The position numbers and the translations under genes were made by a program. This document shows, one piece after another, positions 8,911-19,237 of a stretch of 64,000 nucleotides of DNA. The notes under the pieces were generated by a model. It saw only the letters and a program-made list of their open reading frames with translations, was not told the DNA's origin and made no database searches. The stretch is taken from contig PLJD01000043.1 of NCBI GenBank assembly GCA_003140175.1, positions 13,271 through 77,270 on the forward strand. Direction: 5' to 3'. The number at the start of each line of letters is the position of its first letter. Position 1 is the first letter of the stretch. The DNA is from Actinomycetota bacterium. GTDB lineage: Bacteria; Actinomycetota; Acidimicrobiia; IMCC26256; PALSA-555.

Positions 8911-10140
8911 TCAGACGCGGTCAAGGTCGAGCATGCGGATGGCATTGCCGCGCAGGACCTTGTAGGCCGTGTCGTCGTCGAGGCCGACGTCCGCGATCAT
9001 CTTCTCCGCATACTCCTTGGAGTGCGGCCACGTCGTGTCGGTATGCGGGTAGTCGGTCTCGAAGCAGATGTTGTCGACGCCGACGGTCTCCAGGTTGTTG
9101 AGCCCGACACGATCCGCGGTGAAGCAGCCGAAGATGCGGCCGTAGTAATAGGTGGATGGCGGTTCGGGGATGATCTCCTTCGAGTGCTGCCACGCGTCGT
9201 GCTGGTCCCACACGGTGTCGGCCCGTTCGAGGGCGTAGGGAATCCAGCCGATCTGTCCCTCGCTGTACGCGAGCTTGAGCTCGGGAAACTGGATCAGCTT
9301 GCCGGAGAACAGCCAGTCGGCGAGCGATGCCATCGAGTTGTTGAAGGCGAGCGTGCCACCGACGCCTTCGGGAGCGTCCGGTGACGCGGCGGGGTTGCTC
9401 GACGACGATCCGATGTGCATGCACAGTGCCACGCCGGTGCCATTGCAAGCAGCGAGGACGGGGTCCCAGTGGCCAGTGTGGATGCTCGACAGGCCGAGGC
9501 GGGTGGGGAGCTCACTGAAGCAGAACGCGCGCACGCCGCGCGCCGCGTTGCGCTGGACCTCCGCGACGGCGAGCTCGACGTCCCAGAGCGGCATGAGGCA
9601 GAGCGGGAGGTTCATCCCGCCCGACGGCTCACACCACTCTTCGACCATCCAGTCGTTGTACGCCTTCACGCATGCGAGCGCGAGGTCCTTGTCGTTCGCC
9701 TCGTAGAACGTCTGCCCGCAGAAGCGCGGGAACGTGGGGAACGGAAGCGACCCGTCGACCCAATTGAGGTCGAAGTCCTTCACGCGTGCATCGCGTTCGT
9801 AGCAGCCGGGGCGCATACCGTCGTAGGTCACTGCAGTCATCGTCATGACCGTGCGGTCGAAGCTGTCGACCGTGCCGTCGGGCGTCGCGCTCAACGGGAT
9901 CGCGACGAACTTCTTGTTCACGTAGATGAGCCGGTCTTCGTAGATCCAAGCGTCGCCCCACTCACCGTTGGGATCCTCGGTGTTGGTGTACTTCGCACCC
10001 GGGTGGTGCTCGAACGGCGCCCAGCGCTTGCGCTCGACCCGTGGCCCCTGCGCACGGTGCTTCTCGGGCAGCCACGTCTGCCACACATGGGGCGGCTCGA
10101 CCACGTGGTCGTCGACGCTCACGATCTTCGGGATGGTCAC
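8911..10140 (-). CDS. amidohydrolase, PF04909 type
   Basis: 409 aa, N-terminal VSVDDHVVEP. A close paralog sits at 63449..64000 with identical blocks SMASLAD, LKLAYSEGQIGWIPYALERAD, NICFETDYPHTDTTWP and VLRGNAIRMLDLDRV. Confidence 0.9.
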   Translation of the reverse strand: MTIPKIVSVDDHVVEPPHVWQTWLPEKHRAQGPRVERKRWAPFEHHPGAKYTNTEDPNGEWGDAWIYEDRLIYVNKKFVAIPLSATPDGTVDSFDRTVMTMTAVTYDGMRPGCYERDARVKDFDLNWVDGSLPFPTFPRFCGQTFYEANDKDLALACVKAYNDWMVEEWCEPSGGMNLPLCLMPLWDVELAVAEVQRNAARGVRAFCFSELPTRLGLSSIHTGHWDPVLAACNGTGVALCMHIGSSSSNPAASPDAPEGVGGTLAFNNSMASLADWLFSGKLIQFPELKLAYSEGQIGWIPYALERADTVWDQHDAWQHSKEIIPEPPSTYYYGRIFGCFTADRVGLNNLETVGVDNICFETDYPHTDTTWPHSKEYAEKMIADVGLDDDTAYKVLRGNAIRMLDLDRV

Positions 10141-10329
10141 AGGTCAGCTCCTCCGGAGCGGCAGCGAACAGCCGTCCACACACTATGACGCAACTGTTAG
10201 ATAAAGCCAGAGTTCGGCCGGGTGAGGCGGCCCTCGATCAGGCTGGTGGGCAGCCCCTCCGCCGAGAGAGTCGACGCCTCCGTTACAAGGAAGGTGCGCG
10301 CGGGGAGCCCGACGCGTATCGTCTCGGCC

Positions 10330-11277
10330 GTGACGCTACGCGACCTGCTCGACCCGGCGGTCGCCGAGGTGACCGACCGGATTCCCTTCGACGAGATCAC
10401 CGCCGAGATCCTCCCCTCGCTGCGCGGCGCCGTCGGCGTGGAGTTGCCGCTGTCCGACGCTGTCGAGCGGATCGACCATGTCGTGCCGGGCGATCCCGAG
10501 GTGCGGGTGCGGGTCCACCGCCCCAAGGGGGTCGACGGCGTGCTCGGGTGCGTGTATTCGATGCACGGTGGCGGCTACGTCATCGGGACGAACTCCATGG
10601 ACGATCCGATGTTCGACGAGCTGTGTCCGAAGCTCGGCTTCGTCGCTGTCTCCGCCGACTATCGGTTGGCTCCCGAGACGCCGTACCCCGGGCCGTTGGA
10701 GGACTGCTACCAGGGGTTGCGATGGACCTACGAGCACGCGGCCGAGCTGGGCATCGACCGCGCCTGCGTCGGGGTGATGGGCGTCAGCGCCGGCGGCGGC
10801 CTGGCCGCCGCGCTCGCACTGCTGGCCCGCGACCGTGGCGAGGTCCCGCTGGTGTTCCAGCTGCTCGACTCACCGATGCTCGACGACAGGCAGCGCACGC
10901 CGTCGAGCCAGCAGGATGGCCTCCCGGTGTGGACCCGCGGCTCCAACACCTTCGGGTGGAAGGCGTACCTCGGCGCGCTCTACGGACGCGACGACGTGCC
11001 ACCCACCGCAGCGCCGGCGCGCGCCAGCACGCTGGCTGGCCTGCCACCCGCGTTCGTCTCGGTCGGCGCCGTCGACGGGTTCCGCGACGAGGACATCGAC
11101 TATGCCCTTCGGCTTAACCAGGCGGGCGTGCCGACCGAGCTGCACGTCTACCCAGGCGCGTGCCACGGGTTCAATCTTATGGCGCCGGACGCTCCCGTCA
11201 CGAGGCAGTGCATGCGCAACCTGGAGGAGTGGTTGGGTCGGCAGCTGCGTCTGCGCGAGGACGGGTCTGCGACCTGA
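10330..11277 (+). CDS. alpha/beta hydrolase, hormone-sensitive-lipase-type esterase
   Basis: Oxyanion motif HGGGY and nucleophile elbow GVSAGG. I chose GTG at 10330 (VTLRDLLDP) by comparison with the pseudogene copy at 36351. The track ORF begins at 10222. Confidence 0.85.
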   Translation: MTLRDLLDPAVAEVTDRIPFDEITAEILPSLRGAVGVELPLSDAVERIDHVVPGDPEVRVRVHRPKGVDGVLGCVYSMHGGGYVIGTNSMDDPMFDELCPKLGFVAVSADYRLAPETPYPGPLEDCYQGLRWTYEHAAELGIDRACVGVMGVSAGGGLAAALALLARDRGEVPLVFQLLDSPMLDDRQRTPSSQQDGLPVWTRGSNTFGWKAYLGALYGRDDVPPTAAPARASTLAGLPPAFVSVGAVDGFRDEDIDYALRLNQAGVPTELHVYPGACHGFNLMAPDAPVTRQCMRNLEEWLGRQLRLREDGSAT

Positions 11278-11310
11278 AGGGAAGGCACAACAGGACCGAG
11301 AGGGGAACCA

Positions 11311-12504
11311 GTGGCGGTCGCCGACGAGTTGTTCCTGCCGGAACCGGCGCCACGCGAAGTGAAGTACACCGTGATCTCGGTCGACGACCACGTCGTCGAG
11401 CCTGCGCACACATTCGAGGGGCGGCTTCCCACTGCGCTCCAGGACCGCGCGCCGAGGATTGTCGAGACGCGCAAGGGCCATCAGGTCTGGGAGTTCGAGG
11501 GCGAGCGCTACACCCAGGTCGGGATGAACGCAGTCGCCGGCCGGCGTCCGGAGACGGTGAAGCTCGAGCCGTTCCGTTTCGACCAGATGCGTCCCGGCTG
11601 CTACGACGTCGACGCCCGGGTGCGTGATATGGACATCAATGGCGTATGGGCATCGGTGAACTTTCCCTCACAGATCACCGGGTTCTGCGGGCGCGTGTTC
11701 TTCAGCATCCCCGACCGCGAGCTCGGGGTCGCGTGCATCCGCGCGTGGAACGACTGGCTGTTCGAGGAGTGGTACCAGCGTCATCCTCACCGTATCGTCC
11801 CGCTCGGCATCACCTACCTCGCCGATCCGGCGCTCGCCGCGGACGAGATCCGCCGCAACGCCGAGCGTGGCTTCACGTCCGTCACGCTCCCCGAACGGCC
11901 GCATGCGATCGGCCTGCCGTCGCTGTGGGAGCGCGATCACTGGGACGCGATCATCGCGGCGTGCGTAGAGACTGACACCGTGATCTCCCTGCACGTCGGC
12001 AGCTCAGGGATCTACGAGTCCCCACCGGGTGCGCCGAGCCAGCAGCTCGGCGCCACGCTGTTCAGCCAGCTGGCGTTGAGCGCGTGCGCCGAGTGGCTGT
12101 GGTCGGGCTACGCAGTGACGCACCCGAACCTCAAGGTCGCGATGAGCGAGGGCGGCATCGGCTGGGTCGCGATGCTGCTCGACCGGCTCGATTCGATCGT
12201 CGACCGTTCGAGCTACGGGCTCGGCTGGGAGGAGCGGCCCGCCGACCTGCTGAAGCGCAACTTCTGGTTCTGCACCCTCGATGACCCGTCGACGATCGAC
12301 ACGCGCCACCGCATCGGCGTCGAGAACATCATGGTCGAGGTCGACTACCCCCACGGCGACAGCACCTGGCCCGATACCCAGCTGGTGATCGAGAAGGCGT
12401 GGGGCCACGTGTCGACCGACGAGCTGCGCGCCATGTGCAGCGAGAACGCCGCTGCGCTGTACCGGCACCCCCTCCCCGAGGTTGTCCTCCCGACGGGGCC
12501 ATGA
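11311..12504 (+). CDS. amidohydrolase, PF04909 type
   Basis: 397 aa with ISVDDHVVEPAHTFEGRLP at the N-terminus. GTG start is preceded by GAGAGGGG. Confidence 0.9.
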   Translation: MAVADELFLPEPAPREVKYTVISVDDHVVEPAHTFEGRLPTALQDRAPRIVETRKGHQVWEFEGERYTQVGMNAVAGRRPETVKLEPFRFDQMRPGCYDVDARVRDMDINGVWASVNFPSQITGFCGRVFFSIPDRELGVACIRAWNDWLFEEWYQRHPHRIVPLGITYLADPALAADEIRRNAERGFTSVTLPERPHAIGLPSLWERDHWDAIIAACVETDTVISLHVGSSGIYESPPGAPSQQLGATLFSQLALSACAEWLWSGYAVTHPNLKVAMSEGGIGWVAMLLDRLDSIVDRSSYGLGWEERPADLLKRNFWFCTLDDPSTIDTRHRIGVENIMVEVDYPHGDSTWPDTQLVIEKAWGHVSTDELRAMCSENAAALYRHPLPEVVLPTGP

Positions 12505-12520
12505 CGCGGGTCGATGCTGC

Positions 12521-14023
12521 TCACGTCGGTTCAGCGACGCGTCGGCGGGTGGTCTCTGACACCCGGCCGAGAACCTTGGTCAGCACGCGGTAGTGCAGGT
12601 TGGTCGAGGGCCACTGGGTCACGATCTTGCCGGTCGGTGACTTGAAGTAGTTGTTGCTCATGAGCCAGGACGTTCCCTCCATCCGGCGCTGGAGCCAGCG
12701 GTACCACCTCGCCTCGAACCTCGGCTTGACCTCGACGGCGGTGACGCGCTCGCGGATCATGCGCTTCATGGCCCGCACGGCGAACTCCGCCTGGCTCTCG
12801 AGCATGATGACGATCTCGCCACCGTTGGTGCCCGGCCCGTAGAGCATGAAGAAGTTCGGGAACCCCGGCACCGTGATGCCGAGATACGCACGCGGTTCGT
12901 CCGCCCAGTGCTCCTGCAGCGTCCGGCCGCCACGACCGACGACGCGGAGGCGGGCGAGGTAGTTCGCCGGCCGGAACCCGGTCGCCATGACGATGACGTC
13001 GACGGCTCGCTCCTCGCCTTCGGTGTCGACGATGCCGGTGCGGGTCACCGACGCCACAGCTCGGGGGACGAGCTCCACGTTGTGCTTCTTGAGCGCGGGA
13101 TAAAAGGTGCTGGCGAAGACCGGCCGCTTGCCGGGATAGGGATACGCCGGCGTCACCGCCTCGCGCAGGTCGGGGCGATCGGCGAACTGTCGGTCGATGT
13201 AGCTGAGGCAGAACTGCTGGCGGGCATCGTTGACCTTGGTGCCCGGCCGGTAGAGATTGCCGCGCCACAGACTCTTCTCCAGCAGGTACTTCAGCCGCCA
13301 TCGCTCCCACGCGCGCCGCCACGGCTTGGCCAGCGCCACCCGCTCCTCGCCGGAGAGGTCGCGCTCACCCTTGGGCATGACCCACCCGGGCTCGCGCTGG
13401 AACACGTAGAGCTCTTGCACGATCGGCTGGATGGCCGGCACCACTTGGGTGGCCGACGACCCAGTGCCGACGACGGCCACGACCTTGCCCGTCAGATCGT
13501 GCTCGTGCTCCCAGCGGGCGGTGTGGAACTTCGCGCCCTCGAAGTCGTCGAGCCCGGGCCAGCTGGGAGAGCGGGGCACGTTGAGAAAACCGACCCCACT
13601 CATGAGCACGTGGCACTCGCCGACAGTTCCGCCGTCGAGGCGGACCGTCCAGACGTGGCGGTCGTCGTCCCACATGGCAGATTCCACGGTGACACCGAGC
13701 TTGAGGTGCGGCCGGAGGCCGAACTCGTCGACCGTCTCCTCGAGGTACTTCTGCAGCTCGGGCTGCCGGGCATGCGTGCGGGTCCAGTCGTGAGGCTTGA
13801 ACGAGAAGCAGTACAGATGCGACCCCACGTCGACCTCGGCGCCGGGGTATGTGTTGTCCCACCACGTGCCCCCGATCCCGAGCGACGACTCGTAGATCGT
13901 GAACGTGTGGATGCCCGCGCGCTTCATCTTCACGCCCGCGGCGATCCCGCCGAACCCCGCGCCGACCACGACGACCCTCGGGGTCCCAGCAGGACCGAAC
14001 AGCTCGTCGGCCGTGGGCCTCAC
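12521..14023 (-). CDS. flavin-dependent (Baeyer-Villiger type) monooxygenase
   Basis: Motifs VVVVGAGFGGIAAG, GGTWWDNTYPG, fingerprint FEGAKFHTARWE and VAVVGTGSSATQ. Confidence 0.85.
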   Translation of the reverse strand: MRPTADELFGPAGTPRVVVVGAGFGGIAAGVKMKRAGIHTFTIYESSLGIGGTWWDNTYPGAEVDVGSHLYCFSFKPHDWTRTHARQPELQKYLEETVDEFGLRPHLKLGVTVESAMWDDDRHVWTVRLDGGTVGECHVLMSGVGFLNVPRSPSWPGLDDFEGAKFHTARWEHEHDLTGKVVAVVGTGSSATQVVPAIQPIVQELYVFQREPGWVMPKGERDLSGEERVALAKPWRRAWERWRLKYLLEKSLWRGNLYRPGTKVNDARQQFCLSYIDRQFADRPDLREAVTPAYPYPGKRPVFASTFYPALKKHNVELVPRAVASVTRTGIVDTEGEERAVDVIVMATGFRPANYLARLRVVGRGGRTLQEHWADEPRAYLGITVPGFPNFFMLYGPGTNGGEIVIMLESQAEFAVRAMKRMIRERVTAVEVKPRFEARWYRWLQRRMEGTSWLMSNNYFKSPTGKIVTQWPSTNLHYRVLTKVLGRVSETTRRRVAEPT

Positions 14024-14044
14024 GGGTGGTCGAGCACCCGGCCG

Positions 14045-15265
14045 TCAGCCTTGGGGAACCGCGCGGACCGGCACGTTTGAGTACCCGGCGACGTTGGCCA
14101 TCTGCACCCTGCGCAGGCCGGCTTCGTCGACCTCGAGCTGCCGCCACCGTCCCGTGAGCTCCTCGATCGCGATGCGGCTCTCCATGCGCGCGAGTGCTGC
14201 GCCGAGACAGCTGTGCACGCCGTGTCCGAGCCCGATGGTGATGCCGGGCTGGCGTTCGATGTCGAACTCGTCAGCGCGCTCAAAGGCGCGCGGGTCGCGT
14301 GTTGCCGCGCCTGTGATGAGGAGCACTGGGAAGCCTGCGGGGACCGTCCCGCTCTCGAGCTTTCGCTCCTCCGCGCAGAACCGGCCCTGGTACTGCGACG
14401 GCGGCAAGTAGCGGAGGATCTCTTCGACGGCTCGTGGGATCTTGTCGTGGTCATCGAGAATCGTCTGCCACTGATCGGGGTGCTGCCAGAAGAGCATGAC
14501 CGCGCTGCCGACGAGCTTGGTGACGGTCTCGGCACCCGCGCCGCCGAGGAGCGTCACGAAACCGGTGATCTCGGCGTCGTCGAGCCCGGTCTCCGTGCCG
14601 TCACCGCGGTCGACGGTGACCTGGGTCAGGCGCGACAGCATGTCGTCACCCGGGTTCTTGCGCTTCTCCACTGTCAGCTCGTGGAAGTACACCGCCGACT
14701 CGAGCACCGCTTGCTCGTTCTCAGGGCTCGGCGCGATCTGGCCCGGTTCCCGGTGGAGGCTGGCGTCGAGCCAGTGACGGATCTGCTGGCGCTCTCCCTC
14801 GGGGACGCCGAGCATTCGCGAGATCACCTCGACGGGGAAGGGCGCGGAGAAGTCGGCAACCACGTCAAACTCGCGCGAATCGCGCAACGGATCGAGGTAA
14901 CCGCAGATGACTTCGCGGATCATCGGTTCGAGTGCCGTGACAGCACGGGGCGTGAAGACTCGACTGACCAGCGCTCGGAAGCGGTCGTGTTCCGGAGGAT
15001 CCATCATGATGATGCTCCGGTAGCTCGCGATCTCTTCTGGGTCCTTCGCGAGCGTGAAGAGCTCGATGCCGTGCGCACTCGAGAACCCTTGCCAGTCTCG
15101 ATGCGCGGCCAGGACGTCAGCGAAGCGCGACAGCGCGTAGAACCCGTACTTCTCGCTGCAGTAGACGGGCGCCTCGTCGCGCAGACGGCGGTACATCTCG
15201 GTGGGATCGTTGAAGAACTCCTCCGAGAGCGGATCGAACTCCACGGGGCTCGTGGTCACGCTCAT
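14045..15265 (-). CDS. cytochrome P450
   Basis: Haem-thiolate loop GHGVHSCLGAALAR, I-helix GGAGAETVT and ExxR EILRY. ATG at 15265 (MSVTTSP) overlaps the upstream SDR stop (ATGA). The upstream part of track ORF 14045..15541 is Arg-rich noise. Confidence 0.9.
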   Translation of the reverse strand: MSVTTSPVEFDPLSEEFFNDPTEMYRRLRDEAPVYCSEKYGFYALSRFADVLAAHRDWQGFSSAHGIELFTLAKDPEEIASYRSIIMMDPPEHDRFRALVSRVFTPRAVTALEPMIREVICGYLDPLRDSREFDVVADFSAPFPVEVISRMLGVPEGERQQIRHWLDASLHREPGQIAPSPENEQAVLESAVYFHELTVEKRKNPGDDMLSRLTQVTVDRGDGTETGLDDAEITGFVTLLGGAGAETVTKLVGSAVMLFWQHPDQWQTILDDHDKIPRAVEEILRYLPPSQYQGRFCAEERKLESGTVPAGFPVLLITGAATRDPRAFERADEFDIERQPGITIGLGHGVHSCLGAALARMESRIAIEELTGRWRQLEVDEAGLRRVQMANVAGYSNVPVRAVPQG

Positions 15266-16020
15266 GGGTGCTCCTTCGCGGAAGGTCGTGGAGTGACGGT
15301 GACCGACGGCACCGACATGCTGGCACCACCTCGGAGCACCGCGTCGAGAGCCGACACCAGCTCGTCGACGGCGATCAGCGAGCCGCTGATGTAGCCGCGC
15401 GACACCCATGCGGGCGCGAGCTCTGCGGCCAGCTCGAGATCCCACCCCGCGTTGAACTCCGTGCGCGAGTCGCCCTCGCCGCCGGCACAGTCGCCAACCA
15501 CGAAGCGCGTGAACCCGATGTCGGGGTGCTCCGCCCGCCACGCCTCCACAAGCTTGTCAAGCGCGGCCTTGCTGACGATGTACGCCCCGAGCCCCGGCCA
15601 AGGCGGCGTGAGGGACGCGCTCACAGAAGAGAGGAAGGCCACGGTTCCCGAAGTCGCCGCCAGGTGAGGGACAGCCGCGGCGGTGATGCGCGCCGCGCCG
15701 GTGACGTTCGTGTCGAACACCCGCCGCCAGGTGTCAGCGTCGGTGTCGATGAGTCGAGCCAGTGGCCCGATCGCCGGCGCGTACACCAGGGCGTCGATGC
15801 CGCCGAGCCGGCTCGCGGCTTCGTCGATGGCCGAACGGCATGACGTCTCGCCGGTGACGTCGCACTCGATGGCCAGGGCTCCGGGCCCGGCTTCGCGGGC
15901 TGCGGCCTCGAGGCGCTCGCGACGCCGGGCGAGCAGCGCCACGTCGGCACCTCGCTGGGCGAGCCCAATCGCGATGGAGCGCCCGAGCCCACCCGACGCC
16001 CCAACGACAACGGTTCGCAT
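15262..16020 (-). CDS. short-chain dehydrogenase/reductase
   Basis: Starts MRTVVVGASGGLGRSIAIGL (TGxxxGxG-type motif), with YIVSKAAL (YxxxK). It is a paralog of 47129..47899, including the unusual shared tail SMSVPSVTVTPRP. Confidence 0.85.
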   Translation of the reverse strand: MRTVVVGASGGLGRSIAIGLAQRGADVALLARRRERLEAAAREAGPGALAIECDVTGETSCRSAIDEAASRLGGIDALVYAPAIGPLARLIDTDADTWRRVFDTNVTGAARITAAAVPHLAATSGTVAFLSSVSASLTPPWPGLGAYIVSKAALDKLVEAWRAEHPDIGFTRFVVGDCAGGEGDSRTEFNAGWDLELAAELAPAWVSRGYISGSLIAVDELVSALDAVLRGGASMSVPSVTVTPRPSAKEHP

Positions 16021-16159
16021 CCCGGCGACCTCCCCCCGAGTAGTGACGCAGATGTTAGAACAGAGTCGTGCGAGCCGACTCCGAGAAGGCCAAAAGCGCT
16101 GGCTCCGATCGACCAAGGCTTCACCCCGTGACGAGATCGTCAGGAGGCAAGTATCAGTT

Positions 16160-16477
16160 ATGGTCGAATGCGGTTCGGACCAGGAGCAGCCCCGGCGTGA
16201 CGACGGAGCATTGATCGTGGACCTCACCGAACGATACGGGCCCTGGGCCGTGATCGCGGGGGGATCCGAGGGAGTGAGCGCGTCGGTCGCCCGGCTCCTC
16301 GGCGATCGGGGCGTGAACGTCATCCTCGTCGCCCGCCGCAAGGACACGCTCGACGAGACGGCGGTCACCGTCGTCACCGAAACGCGGGCGGTGGTCCTCG
16401 ACCTCAACAACGCAGGCGCCGCCGACGCGCTCGCCGTCGAGCTGATGAGCCAGGGCGCGGCCGCTCTGCACGATTGA
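16160..16477 (+). pseudogene. N-terminal stub of an SDR-like Rossmann protein (105 codons)
   Basis: WAVIAGGSEGVSASVARLLGDRGVNVILVARRKDTLDE resembles the first beta-alpha-beta of an SDR. The ORF stops after about 105 aa, where the Mo-hydroxylase gene begins. No catalytic YxxxK part is present. Confidence 0.4.
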
Positions 16478-16485
16478 CCTCCGGC

Positions 16486-18852
16486 ATGCCGACCGACGTG
16501 CAACGCCTCGACGCTTCGTCACCTTCCGCCGCGGGTCGCTACGCGGGTGCCCGCGTCAACCGTGTGGAGGATGCGCGGCTGCTGACGGGCAGCGGGACGT
16601 TCGTCGATGACGTGTCGCGTCCCGGGATGCTGCACGCGTGCTTCGTGCGCAGCCCCTTCGCCCGAGCTCGCATCGAGGCGATCGAGACGAACGAGGCACT
16701 CGCCGTGCCGGGGGTGCACGCGGTGCTCCTCGCTGCCGACCTGAACCCCGACGTCCGGGAGCAATGGCACACGTCGATCGGCCCGGACGTTCCCGAAGTC
16801 CCGCGGCCGCCGCTCGCAGACGACGAGGTCCGCTTCGTGGGCGACCCGGTTGCCCTCATCGTCGCGCAGAGCCGCTACATCGCTGAGGACGCGGCCGAGC
16901 TGGTCGTCGTCGACTACGAGGCGCTGCACGCCGTCGTGGACTACGCCGCGGCCGAGACCGACGACGTCTCGGTGCACGCGACCATCCCAGGAAACGTCGT
17001 CGGCCAGATGGCCGGTCCTCCGATCGCCGAGGTCGACGCGGTGTTCGCGACCGCTGCGCACGTCGTGCGCGAGACGTTTCGTCAGCATGCCTACGCCCCG
17101 GTGCCGATGGAGACGCGCGGGCTCGTGGTCGAGTGGTCCGCCGCGAGTGGCGAGATGACGATCTGGGCCTCGACGCAGGTGCCGCACGAGGTACGCCTCT
17201 TCTGCTCGCGACTCCTCGGCCTGCCCGAGCACCGCATCCGGGTGGTGATGCGCGACACCGGCGGTGGCTTCGGACAGAAGGTACTTGTCCAGCGCGAGGA
17301 GATGTGCCTCATGCTGGCGGCACGGAAGCTTCCGGGAGCGATCAAGTGGATCGAGGACCGGAGCGAGAACCTGATGGCCGCGGGCCAGTCGCGTCACGAG
17401 CACGCGGTGGCGCGTCTGGCGTTCGACGATGAAGGGACCGTCCTCGCCGCAGCGCTGGACCACGCGCAGGATGTCGGGGCGTACCCAACGCCTTGGCCCG
17501 TCGGCACTGCAGCGGCGGTCGGCATGCTGTTCCCCGGGCCGTACCGCATACCGCGCGCCACGTTCAGGTCGAAGGCCGTGGCCTCCAACACCGTTGGGCG
17601 AACGGCCTACCGAGGTCCGTGGCAGTTCGAGTCGGTCGCCCGGGAGGTGCTGCTCGACATCGCGGCACGGCAGCTCGGCATCGACCCCGTCGAGCTGCGT
17701 CGACGCAACCTGTTACGGCGGGACAACCTGCCGTACAGGAGTGCGACCGGCTTCGTCTACGACCACGTGACGCCGCTGGAGACGTTCGATCACGCGATCG
17801 AGATGCTCGACTACGAAACGTTCCGGCGCGAGCAAGCCGAGGCGCGCGCCGAGGATCGATACCTCGGGGTCGGGACCTGCACCTTCATCGAGCCGACGAC
17901 CCCCGGCTACGGTGTGTACGGCACGGAGGGTGCGACCATCCGCATTGAGCCCTCTGGCATGGTCAACGTGTACGTCGCCGGCGGCTCGAGCGGGAACAGC
18001 ATCGAGACAACGGTCGTGCAGCTGGTCGCAGACGCTCTCGGCGTCGACATCGACGACGTCGCGACGATCCAGGGCGACACGGCCGTCACGCCGTTCGGCG
18101 CGGGCGCGTGCGGGAGCAGGAGCGCGTCGATGACGGCCGGAGCCGTCGCGGAGACAGCGTCCGTTCTGCGGGACCGGATCGTCGAGATCGCGGCGCACCG
18201 CCTGGAGGCGGCGGTCGAGGATCTCGAGCTCGGGGGAGGCCGCGCGAGCGTGCGGGGCACTCCGTCGAAAGGGATCACCTACGGCGAGCTCGCGCGCGTC
18301 GCGTACCTCTCGCCGTACGAGCTCCCGCCCGGGACGCCCGCTGGCCTCGAGGCGAGCGGCCGGTACACCGCGGCCACGCCGCAGGTCTGGACGAACGCGA
18401 CGCACGTGTGCACGTGCGAGGTCGACGCCACGACGGGGCTCGTGCGGCTGCTGCGTTACATCGTCAGCGAGGACTGCGGTCCCATGATCAACCCCGCCGT
18501 CGTCGAGGGGCAGATCGCCGGTGGGACCGTCCAAGGCATCGGCGGCGCGTTGTACGAGCACCTCGTGTACGACGAGGACGGGAACCCGGTGACGACGACG
18601 TTGGTCGACTACCTGCTGCCGACCGCGGCGGAGGTTCCGGTGATCGAGTACGGGCACGTCGAGACGCCTGGCCCGGGCCCAGGGGGACACAAGGGCGTCG
18701 GCGAAGGCGGGGCGATCGGTGCGCCTCCGGCGGTCATCAACGCCGTCGCCGACGCGCTCGCGCCGTTCGGCGTGACGATCACCGACCAACCGCTCAGCCC
18801 CTCGAGGATCGTGGCACTCCTTGACGAGGCGCGCCGTGGGGATCCCCGATGA
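16486..18852 (+). CDS. xanthine dehydrogenase-family molybdopterin-binding large subunit (CoxL-like, not a true CO dehydrogenase)
   Basis: About 788 aa with RVNRVEDARLLTG, DTGGGFGQK and GEGGAIGAPPAVINAV. The active-site loop reads AYRGPWQFE rather than the AYxCSFR of form-I CODH. ATG at 16486; TTG at 16474 is also possible. Confidence 0.9.
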   Translation: MPTDVQRLDASSPSAAGRYAGARVNRVEDARLLTGSGTFVDDVSRPGMLHACFVRSPFARARIEAIETNEALAVPGVHAVLLAADLNPDVREQWHTSIGPDVPEVPRPPLADDEVRFVGDPVALIVAQSRYIAEDAAELVVVDYEALHAVVDYAAAETDDVSVHATIPGNVVGQMAGPPIAEVDAVFATAAHVVRETFRQHAYAPVPMETRGLVVEWSAASGEMTIWASTQVPHEVRLFCSRLLGLPEHRIRVVMRDTGGGFGQKVLVQREEMCLMLAARKLPGAIKWIEDRSENLMAAGQSRHEHAVARLAFDDEGTVLAAALDHAQDVGAYPTPWPVGTAAAVGMLFPGPYRIPRATFRSKAVASNTVGRTAYRGPWQFESVAREVLLDIAARQLGIDPVELRRRNLLRRDNLPYRSATGFVYDHVTPLETFDHAIEMLDYETFRREQAEARAEDRYLGVGTCTFIEPTTPGYGVYGTEGATIRIEPSGMVNVYVAGGSSGNSIETTVVQLVADALGVDIDDVATIQGDTAVTPFGAGACGSRSASMTAGAVAETASVLRDRIVEIAAHRLEAAVEDLELGGGRASVRGTPSKGITYGELARVAYLSPYELPPGTPAGLEASGRYTAATPQVWTNATHVCTCEVDATTGLVRLLRYIVSEDCGPMINPAVVEGQIAGGTVQGIGGALYEHLVYDEDGNPVTTTLVDYLLPTAAEVPVIEYGHVETPGPGPGGHKGVGEGGAIGAPPAVINAVADALAPFGVTITDQPLSPSRIVALLDEARRGDPR

Positions 18853-19220
18853 GCTCGATGCTCGACGACGCGACGGTCCAGACGCTCCGTCGTCATTGGG
18901 AAGACGGATGGAACCGCGGCGACCTCGACACGAGCATGGCGCCGTTCGCGCCAGAGGTGGTGTTCAGCTCGCCGGGCATCTCGATGCTCACAGGCGATCC
19001 GTCGAGGACCACGATCGAGGGATACGACGAGTTGCGCACATACATAGAGGGTGCGCTGCGCCAAGCGGGCGACGTGCGATACACGTGCGCGCCACGCACG
19101 TCGGTACCCATCGTCCTCCTCTACGCGTGCGGCCTCCCGAATGGGCCCGAGAAGCTGGGAGCCGACCTCATGTGTGTCGACGGGGACCGAAGAGTGGTCG
19201 AGTGGCGATGCCACTACTGA
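18849..19220 (+). CDS. SnoaL-like / NTF2-fold protein
   Basis: 123 aa with LRRHWEDGWNRGDLDTSMAPFAPEVVFSSPG. ATG overlaps the stop of the Mo-hydroxylase gene (ATGA). Confidence 0.65.
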   Translation: MSSMLDDATVQTLRRHWEDGWNRGDLDTSMAPFAPEVVFSSPGISMLTGDPSRTTIEGYDELRTYIEGALRQAGDVRYTCAPRTSVPIVLLYACGLPNGPEKLGADLMCVDGDRRVVEWRCHY

Positions 19221-19237
19221 GCGGGAGTGTGTGAACG

